Positions 5,891 through 14,668 of a DNA stretch of 17,214 bases are shown one piece after another. The notes under the pieces are model-generated. The model was not told the DNA's origin and did not search any database. It worked only from the letters and a program-made list of their open reading frames with translations. The stretch covers positions 1-17,214 of the forward strand of contig CAZVZC010000021.1 in the NCBI GenBank assembly GCA_964631415.1, written 5' to 3'. The position numbers were made by a program, and so were the translations under genes. Every line of letters begins with the position of its first letter. Position 1 is the first letter of the stretch. The stretch is from an uncultured archaeon (GTDB taxonomy: Archaea; Asgardarchaeota; Thorarchaeia; Thorarchaeales; Thorarchaeaceae).

Positions 5891-8800
5891 CCACGTAGCT
5901 CTTCTCACGCCACCAACGCAAATCACGAGCACCTGTCGGGCAGATCGCAGCACAGGCGCCGCAACCCTTACATCTCATCTCGTCGGTCACGCTCTTCTTG
6001 AGCCCCGGCGAAACCTCCATCATGGTGATTGCGTCGTAGGGGCAAATCTCAGAGAAGTGGCAGAGGTCACAGCCTACACATAGATCCTGGTCCACTTCTG
6101 CGGTGAGCAGTTCAATCTCGACCTTGCCTAGATTGAGCGGGATGCAGGTTTCACTGGCCGCAGCACGCCCCTGATTGATCGAGTCTGCCACGTTCTTCGC
6201 ATATGTTGTACCTAAGAACACACCCGGTACCGTGGTTTCGACAGGTCGGAACTTCATGTGCATCTCGCGGAGGAACCCATCCTGTCCCCTGTTGATGCCC
6301 ATGGCCTTCACGAGATCAGCCACATCATGAGGAGCCTCAAGCCCCACTGCGAGCACAACCATGTTCGACCTGATCCTGAATGTCTGTTGTGACAGAGTGT
6401 CATAGACTGTCACTATCGCCTCATCTGCATCTGGGGCCTTCTCGACAGTGACGGGCTTTTCCCTAATCCATCGCAGATAGGTGACGCCTTCCTGCCTGTT
6501 CTCGCGCCACATCTCTTCCATCCCAGTTTCATAGGGCCGGATGTGCTCCTTGAACGCTGAAAACACTCTGATGTCTGGAAACATCTCCTTGAGCTCATGT
6601 TGCATGGCCACGATTGCTGAACAGCAGACTCTGGAGCAGTATCTGTTGCCCTCGCCCGGCGTCTGTCTTGAACCAACACAATGAATGAAGACTGGGTTCT
6701 TCGGGGGCGCCTTGATCTCCTCATTCCTCAACTTCTTCTCAAGGTCCAGCGTGGTCATGACCCCTGGGACCTCACCCCACCCGTACTCACCCTTCTTGGG
6801 CTGATAGGTGTCAGTGCCGACAGGCATGAGAATCGAGCCGACCTTGTATGTTGTTCGTTCCTTGGTCCCGACGTTCTCAACTGCTACGTCGTAGTTGCCG
6901 TACGCCCCCTCAAGCCCCATCGGCCTTGAGTTCAGCACGACCTTGATCCTCTTCTCTTTGCCCACGCGGGCCGTCAGGTCGTCCACAATATCCTTCGCAG
7001 ACTCCATCTTCGGAAACAGGCGATGCAGCTCGTTTAGTCTTCCACCAAGGCGTTCAGACTTCTCAACTAGAATGACATCGAAGCCCCGTCTAGTGATATC
7101 CAGTGCCGCTGTCATGCCAGACACTCCGCCACCGACGACCATCGCGGTTCTGACCACGTCGATGGACTTCATGGGGATGACTTCATTGTTGATTGCCTTT
7201 GCCACGGCACTACGGATCATGTCCTGAGCTTTCTCTTGCCGTTCCTCAGCGGTCGCTCTGGCGTTCACAAGAGACAGTTGCTCCCTCAGGCCTACCGGAC
7301 CGACGAAGTAGTATCTTGAGAGACCTGCTCTCTCCAGTACACCCCTGAAAGTTTCTTGGTGCTGAAGAGGTGAGCAGGACCCAACAACGACTCGGTTCAG
7401 CTTGTGTTCCTTGATAGCATCAAATATGTGCTGCTGACCCGGGTCGCTGCACATGAATATGTAGTCAGTACTGAAGACCACATTCGGAAGACTCTTGGCC
7501 CACTCGGCAAGGCCGGGGGCACTGATCATGTTGCCGATGATGCCTCCGCAGTGGCATATGAAGACCCCAACCCTTGGTTCGCTGCCGGTTTCCATCTTCG
7601 GGACTTCCGGGAGCGGGGTGGGTGTGGGGATGGGCAGGAAGGACTGAGCCGCCATTGCTGCGCCCTTTCCCTCATTCACGGAGTCGGTCCCATCCCTGGG
7701 GCCATGTACGCAGCCAGCCATGTATATGCCGGGTCTGCTTGTTTCAAGAGCAGCAGTGTTGGCGTGTTTCTCCTTAATCCATCCAGTTTCGCTCAGCTCG
7801 ACATTGAGAATCTCTGCGAGTTCTTTGACACCGTCGTTCGGTCTGAAGCTCGAGTTGAGGACCACCATTGAGATATGGCTCAGCTCAATGATCTTGCCGC
7901 TCTCTGTGTCCTCAAGCTTCACAAAGAGGTCCTGTGTATCGGGGTCCTCAGCTATCTCTGCGACCCTTCCCCGGATGAACTTGATACCCTGGTTCTTCTG
8001 CGTGTCCCAGAGAAACTCCTCGAGTGCCTTGCCGGCGGTCCTCATGTCCATGTAAGTGTAAATTATCTCGCAGTGTTCCTCCGGGTAGTGCATGCGAGTG
8101 ACCTGAGCGAGCTTGAGACCGAATGAACAGCAGACCCTGTTGCAGTGCTGGGAGTAGCCACCAATGCTCTCTCTGACGTCCCTGCTGCCTACACAGTTGA
8201 CAAATAGGATCTTCTCAGGTTCTCTGCCGTCAGATGGGCGGACCATGTGCGAGTCCGTTGGGCCGGTCGGGTGGCTCTGTCTGTCGTACTCAAGGCTTGT
8301 GACTACGTTGGGATACACACCATAGCCATACTCGGCATAGTCGTATGGCTTGTACTCCTGAAAACCTGTAGCGACTATGATCGACCCTACGTTGACGTCG
8401 TACAGCTTGTCCTTGTCATCATACTTGATGCAGTCTTGGGGACAGACTCCTGCGCATGTGCCACAACCAATGCACGAGTCCTTGTCTATGCGGGCTATTA
8501 GGGGGACCTGCTGCCTGAAGTTGAAGTAAATCGCCTTCCGAAGGCTCATTCCGAAGTCGTACTCATTAGGGACCTCTACTGGGCAGTTCTGGGTGCAGAG
8601 TCCGCAGCCAGTGCACTTCTTCTCATCTACATATCTTGCCTTCTTTCGGATTGTGACAGTGAAGTTTCCTTCACTGCCGGTGACCTTCTCAACTGTTGAA
8701 AGGGCATAGGTTGTGATGTTAGGATGCTTTCCCACGAAAGAGGTCAGCGGTGTCATCACACATGCGGAACATTCCATGGCTGGAAATATCTTGTACAAAA

Positions 8801-9002
8801 CTACATAGTTGCCACCAATGTTCACCGCCTTCTCGACGAGGTGGACATGATGCCCAGACTTCGCCAAGTCGATCGAAGCATTAAGCCCCGCCAATCCCGA
8901 ACCTATTACCAAGACATCAGTTACCCTTGACTGTGTCGGAGGCGTTGGCTTCTTGGTCGAAGCTTTCTTGATGGGTGTCTTCCTCGTCGTCCTTGTGGCC
9001 AT
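5862..9002 (-). CDS. hdrA: Heterodisulfide reductase subunit A-like flavo-iron-sulfur protein, two-module (BamE-like, QmoA+QmoB-like) architecture, about 1046 aa
   Basis: Module 1: VIGSGLAG FAD motif, KIFPAMECSAC, inserted 2x[4Fe-4S] (CTGCGLCTQNCP, CIGCGTCAGVCP), CVGSRD...CNRVCC. Pro-rich linker. Module 2: VGVFICHCG, MCSDPGQ, SCSP, VVGGGVSG, CVGSRQ...CSRVCC, C-terminal ferredoxin (CVGCDLC, CKGCGACAAICP). ATG 9002 chosen as start because a TATA box lies at 9056-9061. Confidence 0.93.
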   Translation of the reverse strand: MATRTTRKTPIKKASTKKPTPPTQSRVTDVLVIGSGLAGLNASIDLAKSGHHVHLVEKAVNIGGNYVVLYKIFPAMECSACVMTPLTSFVGKHPNITTYALSTVEKVTGSEGNFTVTIRKKARYVDEKKCTGCGLCTQNCPVEVPNEYDFGMSLRKAIYFNFRQQVPLIARIDKDSCIGCGTCAGVCPQDCIKYDDKDKLYDVNVGSIIVATGFQEYKPYDYAEYGYGVYPNVVTSLEYDRQSHPTGPTDSHMVRPSDGREPEKILFVNCVGSRDVRESIGGYSQHCNRVCCSFGLKLAQVTRMHYPEEHCEIIYTYMDMRTAGKALEEFLWDTQKNQGIKFIRGRVAEIAEDPDTQDLFVKLEDTESGKIIELSHISMVVLNSSFRPNDGVKELAEILNVELSETGWIKEKHANTAALETSRPGIYMAGCVHGPRDGTDSVNEGKGAAMAAQSFLPIPTPTPLPEVPKMETGSEPRVGVFICHCGGIIGNMISAPGLAEWAKSLPNVVFSTDYIFMCSDPGQQHIFDAIKEHKLNRVVVGSCSPLQHQETFRGVLERAGLSRYYFVGPVGLREQLSLVNARATAEERQEKAQDMIRSAVAKAINNEVIPMKSIDVVRTAMVVGGGVSGMTAALDITRRGFDVILVEKSERLGGRLNELHRLFPKMESAKDIVDDLTARVGKEKRIKVVLNSRPMGLEGAYGNYDVAVENVGTKERTTYKVGSILMPVGTDTYQPKKGEYGWGEVPGVMTTLDLEKKLRNEEIKAPPKNPVFIHCVGSRQTPGEGNRYCSRVCCSAIVAMQHELKEMFPDIRVFSAFKEHIRPYETGMEEMWRENRQEGVTYLRWIREKPVTVEKAPDADEAIVTVYDTLSQQTFRIRSNMVVLAVGLEAPHDVADLVKAMGINRGQDGFLREMHMKFRPVETTVPGVFLGTTYAKNVADSINQGRAAASETCIPLNLGKVEIELLTAEVDQDLCVGCDLCHFSEICPYDAITMMEVSPGLKKSVTDEMRCKGCGACAAICPTGARDLRWWREKSYVEEIEAMLKE

Positions 9003-9055
9003 GGCTCTACGGTCTCCGCATTGACCTTGTATCGGTGGCGACAACTGGAGAGGCG

Positions 9056-9068
9056 ATATAATCTTTCT
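9056..9068 (-). promoter_or_regulatory. BRE/TATA promoter of hdrA
   Basis: Minus strand agaaagaTTATAT, about 54 nt upstream of ATG 9002. Confidence 0.55.
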
Positions 9069-9289
9069 GTCAGAGGCCACGATTGCTAGGTGCAGTATGA
9101 CGAAGAGCGCAGTGAGGGATGTATAGTGTTTGGTCATGTGGCGTCCAAGAGCTTTCCAGACGATCACGGGAGTGCCTAATCGGCCCTGTGAGCGACCCGA
9201 TTCCGAGTTCGGTTTGCAGGAAGATCCCTGTCAAACGAGAGAAAAGGTTCTTGAGGGGACATCCAATACTCATTTGGCGAGTGAGCTAG

Positions 9290-10009
9290 TTGGGGAAGAA
9301 TCTCATCCGCCTGCTGGCCGTCGTGCTAGTTCTTGTGCTCTTGGGCATTGGAATTCCACTGATTGCCTCGCCGGACAGGCAAGGCTACGAGTACTCGCGG
9401 GAGCAGGTCGTAAACGAGATCGTGTCGATAGCAGATGCGAACGGTAGCCTGTTTTCTTTCTACGATAACGAGATTGAGGATTTCGGAGCAAATGGCTACA
9501 ACGTGACCCTTCCAGTTTCTTACTACGATCGAACTGTTGATCTCAAGGATAGTGTGTCTGAGGTGAACATAGAATACATGTTTCACTTGGAACTGACGCA
9601 CGACCACGCCGCTATGGTGACCGTCTACTTTGGCGCCGACTTAGTAATAGACGCGGGGAACACAAGTATCACCGGGCACTTTCCTAGATACTTCTGGGCC
9701 GCGAGTGGTGGTTTCTCTTTCGCTGTAACAGGCCACTCTCGTCTAACACTGAACAGGACTGTCTTGGATTCGCTGAATGTTTCACATCTATACATCGAGT
9801 ATGAAGTCACATTCCTGACCGAGTACGCCTCCTCCTACTTGGTCAACTATGCGATGTCTATTCTGGTCGACCTACAGTACAGGCATCCTGTGCCAAATGC
9901 TCTCACGCCTCTGTTCGCCGCACTTATCGCTGTAGGGATTTGTTCGATTGGTGTGCTGGTAATAGAGGCGGAATATCCGCTCAGGACAGAGCAGCATCCA
10001 TCCCCCTAG
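9290..10009 (+). CDS. Hypothetical membrane protein (N-terminal signal/TM, extracellular beta-rich domain, C-terminal TM)
   Basis: 239-aa ORF with TTG start; hydrophobic LLAVVLVLVLLGIGIPLIA and LFAALIAVGICSIGVLVI; several NxS/T sequons. Confidence 0.75.
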   Translation: MGKNLIRLLAVVLVLVLLGIGIPLIASPDRQGYEYSREQVVNEIVSIADANGSLFSFYDNEIEDFGANGYNVTLPVSYYDRTVDLKDSVSEVNIEYMFHLELTHDHAAMVTVYFGADLVIDAGNTSITGHFPRYFWAASGGFSFAVTGHSRLTLNRTVLDSLNVSHLYIEYEVTFLTEYASSYLVNYAMSILVDLQYRHPVPNALTPLFAALIAVGICSIGVLVIEAEYPLRTEQHPSP

Positions 10010-10330
10010 GATTCGGGGCTTCCTCGTCTGGCCAACCCGGAGGTGTATGGAAGCCCATACGTTGTCAGGCAGATGGCAAAGAATCTGTATCTTTCGTACA
10101 AGCACCATCCCTTGTATCGTTGGCGGCAACTGGAAAGGCGACATTTCCCTTGCGTTAGAGGCCACACCTACAATGTCTGTTGAGCTTCAGCACGGCTGTA
10201 ACAGTTTGCTCCCAAGGGAAAGGTCAGTATCGATGGCTCACACTTACCTGTGATTTGAGCTGTCTTCCCCAGAGCAGTCGGACTCTAAGTGTCGCCATTT
10301 TGGATAATCCTTAGTGCCCCTTTGGTTCTA

Positions 10331-10723
10331 TCACTTGAACTTGCTTCGTATCTCGGGTTGCATCAGATATACAATCACAATAATCCGAACCAGAATCGCC
10401 AGGATGTAGCGATGAATGAGCTCCCAGTCGATCAGCACAAGGCCGACATTCAGGACCAGTCCTACAGCCATGAGTAGGATGCTAATAAGCCAACCCCAGT
10501 ATCTCATCTTCCAGAGGCCGAATCCTGCTGCTATGAGCACAATTCCGAGCACGAGGTCTCCAAGCCGCACAGTATCTACCAGCAGAAGCTGGTGACCGAG
10601 TCTGATGAATTCCGTGTTCGCACCCATCCATATTGAGAAAACGCCAATCACAATATCAAGAAGCGCAAGAATCGAAACACCTAGTGGTGTCGAAATCGTC
10701 GTCTTGTTCGTCGAGGCAGTCAT
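10331..10723 (-). CDS. Small 4-TM archaeal membrane protein of unknown function (DUF2127-like)
   Basis: 130 aa with GGAGG SD upstream; motifs PLGVSILALL, GFGLWKMRYWGW and YLMQPEIRSKF typical of a widespread archaeal membrane family. Confidence 0.8.
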   Translation of the reverse strand: MTASTNKTTISTPLGVSILALLDIVIGVFSIWMGANTEFIRLGHQLLLVDTVRLGDLVLGIVLIAAGFGLWKMRYWGWLISILLMAVGLVLNVGLVLIDWELIHRYILAILVRIIVIVYLMQPEIRSKFK

Positions 10724-11000
10724 AACAAAGCCTCCCTTTACCGATGATGGACATGCCCTCAGAATATGCTTAACTAAATATCGTTAGGGCTCCTGTCAGA
10801 GGCACTGGCCGTCGTATCTGAGAGGTTTCTGTCAGCAGAGCATGCCTATGATGATATTGTTCGCCGCTGGAATGGCTAACCAGCCGCAACTCCTTGAGTA
10901 CTGTTCTCTGCAGGTCTGCTAAGACAGCATGTGCGGCGTAATGCAGGTATGGCAAGAGAGTATTAATCCACGATTGCGTTTCACAGTATAAGGTCGTAGA

Positions 11001-11333
11001 ATGGTTAAGGACAAGATAATGGCACAGCTAAAGGAGATTGCCAAACGGTTCGAGGATCCTAAGATACAGAAACGGTTTGCTGGGTACAACAAGACTCTCA
11101 TGTTCACCTTTCCCGACATTGGTGCGAGCATGTACATCAAGATAGGTGATGGGAAGGTCCTCTCGATTGGAGAGGGGACCGTAACCGCAGAGCTACAGGT
11201 AACGATGGACTCAAGTGTCTTCCTTGGAATCATGGCGAAGACTGAGAGCCCGATGGCTGCGTACTCGTCTGGGAAGCTGAAGACAAAGGGTGAGGTGCCA
11301 GACCTCCTGAAACTGCAGAAGCTGCTGATGTAA
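11001..11333 (+). CDS. SCP2 sterol/lipid-binding domain protein
   Basis: 110 aa; SCP2 pattern 'ELQVTMDSSVFLGIM...SPMAAYSSGKLKTKGEVPDLLKLQKL'; TATTAA box about 45 nt upstream. Confidence 0.88.
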   Translation: MVKDKIMAQLKEIAKRFEDPKIQKRFAGYNKTLMFTFPDIGASMYIKIGDGKVLSIGEGTVTAELQVTMDSSVFLGIMAKTESPMAAYSSGKLKTKGEVPDLLKLQKLLM

Positions 11334-11498
11334 GACTCGTTGGCTATCGACCACCACTTGTTTCTCACACCCCTTCTCCGTGTTTCCTAGTCAATGGATT
11401 CCATAACATGAGCTTGATCCATTCAGAGTTTGTGTGCTGCCACTCAACAAGAGAATGTTAAAAGGCGGACCGGCATAAAGTCGCCGTACTCTCCGGTG

Positions 11499-12503
11499 AT
11501 GGACTTGAAGGCTCTCATAACTGCCCCGTTTTCAGAGTCGGGTCTAAAGACCCTTCGCGACGCCAAACTTGACCTTCAGTATCAGAGTTGGCTTGAAACA
11601 GGCAGGCTGTACATGGGCGACTCGCTCGGAAAGGTGATCAACCAAGGGGGGTATGAGATCGTCGTCGTGGAGGGTGACGAGGTCAAGGAAGATGTGATAG
11701 AGAAGACATCCCTGAAGCTGATTGGCTGTGTCAGAACTGGCCCGAACAACATCTCAGTTGCTGCAGCCACGAAGAAGAAGATTCCAGTCATCTCTGCTCC
11801 AGGACGGAACACGGTTGCTGTTGCCGAGCTAGCGATAGGTCTCATGCTGAGTGTGGCCCGAAAGGTTGTCAGCAGTGGTCATTTCATCCGCAACGACTAT
11901 TATGTCGACGACTTCAGCGACTTCGCTCATATGTACAAGACTCTGATGGGGGTTGAGCTGTACGGACGGACAGTCGGAATAATCGGGCTTGGTGCAATTG
12001 GTTTCGAGGTCGCGAAGCGTCTGCAGGCGTTCGGGGCGCGGCTTCTTGTCTATGATCCATATGTGGATCAGGCGAGGATGAAACAGGTTGGCGCCGAACA
12101 AGTGGGCTTGGATGACCTCATGAAGCGCTCTGATATAGTGACTATCCACTGCCCGCCTACAGAAGAAACCAAAGGCATGGTTGGCGCGAAGCAGATCGCG
12201 ATGATGAAGAAGACTGCGATACTGATCAATGCTGCAAGGGCTTCAATAACCGATGAGAATGCTCTGTTAGAGGCTCTGAAGTCGGGTGCCATTGCAGGGG
12301 CAGGGCTTGACGTGTTCACGGTAGAGCCCGTTGACTCTGACAACGTCTTTCTGGGTCTGGACAATGTCGTGGTCATGCCGCATATGGGCGGCAACACAAG
12401 GGAAACCATAGACCGGCAGTCGATGATGGTGGCCAATGACATCGTTGCCTTCCTTAAGGGCAAGAAACCGGCCCACATACTGAACCCAGAGGTGTTTCGC
12501 TAG
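11499..12503 (+). CDS. yoaD: D-isomer-specific 2-hydroxyacid dehydrogenase, YoaD-like
   Basis: GIIGLGAIG NAD motif; NAAR, DVF-x2-EP and PHMGG catalytic R/E/H; PGRN-x2-AVAE. N-terminus 'LITAPFSESG...YQSWLETGRLY' resembles B. subtilis YoaD as recalled. Start ATG 11499 or TTG 11505 (GGTGA SD). Confidence 0.88.
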   Translation: MDLKALITAPFSESGLKTLRDAKLDLQYQSWLETGRLYMGDSLGKVINQGGYEIVVVEGDEVKEDVIEKTSLKLIGCVRTGPNNISVAAATKKKIPVISAPGRNTVAVAELAIGLMLSVARKVVSSGHFIRNDYYVDDFSDFAHMYKTLMGVELYGRTVGIIGLGAIGFEVAKRLQAFGARLLVYDPYVDQARMKQVGAEQVGLDDLMKRSDIVTIHCPPTEETKGMVGAKQIAMMKKTAILINAARASITDENALLEALKSGAIAGAGLDVFTVEPVDSDNVFLGLDNVVVMPHMGGNTRETIDRQSMMVANDIVAFLKGKKPAHILNPEVFR

Positions 12504-12516
12504 GAGGCGGACTTGA

Positions 12517-14025
12517 GTGGTAGTTGCTGCCATTGATGCTGGGACCACCGGAGTCAGATGCATGTTGGTGGCCCGTCACGGGGAAGGGCTCAGCATTGGG
12601 CGAAGGTCTTGGAGCTACACAACACCCTCGGAGCTCGAGATCGCCAAGGAGTTCAATCCACAAGAGTTCTGGAATTTGACGTGTGCAGCCATCCGGGATG
12701 CGATGAAGAGGTCAGGTCTTCCACGAGTGGAGATTGAGGCTGTCGCCACAACAAGTCAACGCCATGGTGCCGTGTTTCTCAACTCAGACGGAAACGAACT
12801 GTACGGGGGGCCCAACGTTGATGCTCGTGGAGCAATGACCCAGTACGTTGTTGAGGAGGCCTTGGGTGAGAGGTTCCATGAAATCACCGGCTGCTGGCCT
12901 CCTCTGGTGTTTGCCCCTTCACGCCTAGCGTGGTTCGCAGAGGAAGCACCTGAGATAAGGAACGCAGTGGCACACCTGCTACCAATCAATGACTGGCTCA
13001 CATACCGCCTTTCCGGGTCCTTTGCTGCAGACCCCTCGTCTGCAAGTGGGACTGGATTCTTTGACATCAAGTCAAGAGCTTGGAGTTCTGACGTAACAGA
13101 TGCTCTCAATGTCGACAGAGGAATCCTACCTGAGATACACAATGCTGGCATTGTTGTTGGCGAGGTGACTGCCAAGGCCGAACGCGAATGCGGACTGCCA
13201 AAAGGCACCAAAGTCGTGCAAGGCGGCACAGACACCCACTGTGCTGTTCTTGCATCTCAGGGTGAGGTTGGGGACATCGTAGTCATCGCAGGGAGCACCG
13301 CTCCATCAATGCTGGTCACGGATTGTCATGTGTGTGTTCCTAACCAGAAACTGTGGACAAGCTGCCATGTAGTCCCGGGACAATGGACCGTCGAGAGCAA
13401 TGCTATGCTCACAGGAGCCTACCTCGAATGGGTCGTGCGTCTGCTCTGCGAACGGGCAGAAAACCCTGAGAAGTGCGTCAAGAAGACTTTCAGCAACCTA
13501 ACACAGCTCCTAGCTGAGGTCCCACCCGGCAGCAATGAAACCTATGCTGCCATCGGACCAAACATCATGGACTGCAGACGGATGACCGATGTGCCGCAGG
13601 CAAGGATAGTCTTCCCTCAACCAGCTCTGCCTAACGTTATCCCTCTGAGTTCGGCTAGTCTTATTCAAGCGGTGCTCGAGAACATTGCTTACTCTGTTCG
13701 GGGCAACTGTGATCAGCTCGCTGAGTTTGCCCCACCAAAGGCAATGAAGACAATAGGTGGAATGACACGTGCTGCAGTCTGGCCCAAGCTGCTTGCCAAC
13801 GTGCTGGGTCGGCCCGTCCGTGTGCCTCTGCAACCGGAGGGCAGTCTGCTTGGTGCAGCCGTCTGTGCGGCCTCCGGAGCCGGTTGGTATCCAAACCTAC
13901 AGGAGGCGGCCCAAGCGATGGTGCGGTGGCAACCCGTGATTGAACCTGATGAGAGAGCTGAGGCATACAAATCATGCTATTCAAGATGGTCTGAAGTCTG
14001 GTGCGCAGACAGAGGTGAAACATAG
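12517..14025 (+). CDS. yoaC: FGGY-family carbohydrate kinase, YoaC/LsrK-like subgroup
   Basis: IDAGTTGVR phosphate-1 motif; KEFNPQEFW, TSQRHG, YGGPNVDARG, TGCWP, GGTDTHCA, LWTSCHVVPGQWTVESNA, IGGM. GGAGG SD before GTG. Confidence 0.88.
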   Translation: MVVAAIDAGTTGVRCMLVARHGEGLSIGRRSWSYTTPSELEIAKEFNPQEFWNLTCAAIRDAMKRSGLPRVEIEAVATTSQRHGAVFLNSDGNELYGGPNVDARGAMTQYVVEEALGERFHEITGCWPPLVFAPSRLAWFAEEAPEIRNAVAHLLPINDWLTYRLSGSFAADPSSASGTGFFDIKSRAWSSDVTDALNVDRGILPEIHNAGIVVGEVTAKAERECGLPKGTKVVQGGTDTHCAVLASQGEVGDIVVIAGSTAPSMLVTDCHVCVPNQKLWTSCHVVPGQWTVESNAMLTGAYLEWVVRLLCERAENPEKCVKKTFSNLTQLLAEVPPGSNETYAAIGPNIMDCRRMTDVPQARIVFPQPALPNVIPLSSASLIQAVLENIAYSVRGNCDQLAEFAPPKAMKTIGGMTRAAVWPKLLANVLGRPVRVPLQPEGSLLGAAVCAASGAGWYPNLQEAAQAMVRWQPVIEPDERAEAYKSCYSRWSEVWCADRGET

Positions 14026-14660
14026 TGTACGACAGTGTGAAGAAAGAGATACGAAGCGTTTCAGTAGAGATGTTGAAAACAGGCCTTGTGTCAGGAACTG
14101 CAGGCAATGTCAGTGCACGGGCCGAGCACTATGTCGCCATCACTCCTAGCGCAAAGAACTACCTTGCCATGAAGGCCGAGGATGTTATGGTCATTGACAT
14201 GGACGGCAACGTGGTTGAAGGCACACTCAATCCCAGCAGCGAGATGCTCATGCATCTAGAAATCTATCGTCGACGTGAGGATGTCCAGGCAATAATGCAC
14301 ACACACAGCATCTATGCCAGTGTGCTCGCTGTCATCCACAAGCCTCTTCCACCTATAATTGATGAGCTGATTCCCAAACTTGGTGGGGAGGTACGAGTGT
14401 CGAAGTATGCAATGCCCGGCACACAGGAGTTGGCAAATAGCGTCACAGATGCCTTGGAAATGCGGAGTGCCGCACTGATAGCAAACCATGGCGCGGTAAC
14501 ATGCGGCAAGACTCTCAAGGAGGCTCTTGACTCTGCCACCCTTCTAGAGAGGGTGTCCAAAATCTACCTACTGGCTCTTCACCACGGTGAACCTGCGATT
14601 CTGCCTGAAGATGTACTAGAGAATGAAACTGACATCTGGCGGATCTTACACGGCATCTAG
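14025..14660 (+). CDS. Class II aldolase/adducin family protein (FucA / ketose-1-phosphate aldolase-like)
   Basis: GNVSAR, ITPS, PSSE-x2-MH, HTHS and NHG (three His zinc ligands). GTG overlaps the upstream TAG; GAGGTGA SD. Confidence 0.92.
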   Translation: MYDSVKKEIRSVSVEMLKTGLVSGTAGNVSARAEHYVAITPSAKNYLAMKAEDVMVIDMDGNVVEGTLNPSSEMLMHLEIYRRREDVQAIMHTHSIYASVLAVIHKPLPPIIDELIPKLGGEVRVSKYAMPGTQELANSVTDALEMRSAALIANHGAVTCGKTLKEALDSATLLERVSKIYLLALHHGEPAILPEDVLENETDIWRILHGI

Positions 14661-14668
14661 AGGCCAAC

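Noticed and set aside
8755-8790. Selenocysteine in HdrA or a SECIS element downstream
   Set aside because: The position that is Sec in some HdrA proteins is encoded TGT (CSAC), the ORF has no in-frame TGA, and no convincing SECIS core was seen in 5400-5860.
9003-9167. 55-aa N-terminal extension of HdrA in the ORF track
   Set aside because: It contains the BRE/TATA box and has no HdrA similarity; ATG 9002 is the better start.
10801-10815. ggcactggccgtcgt matches the pUC/M13 primer region
   Set aside because: The 15-nt match does not extend on either side; chance rather than vector contamination.
11334-11498. SAM-I (S-box) riboswitch upstream of the yoaD-like gene
   Set aside because: SAM-I conserved elements are absent. 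There are only short stems, and a TATA-like TTAAAA at about 11458 implies a short leader.
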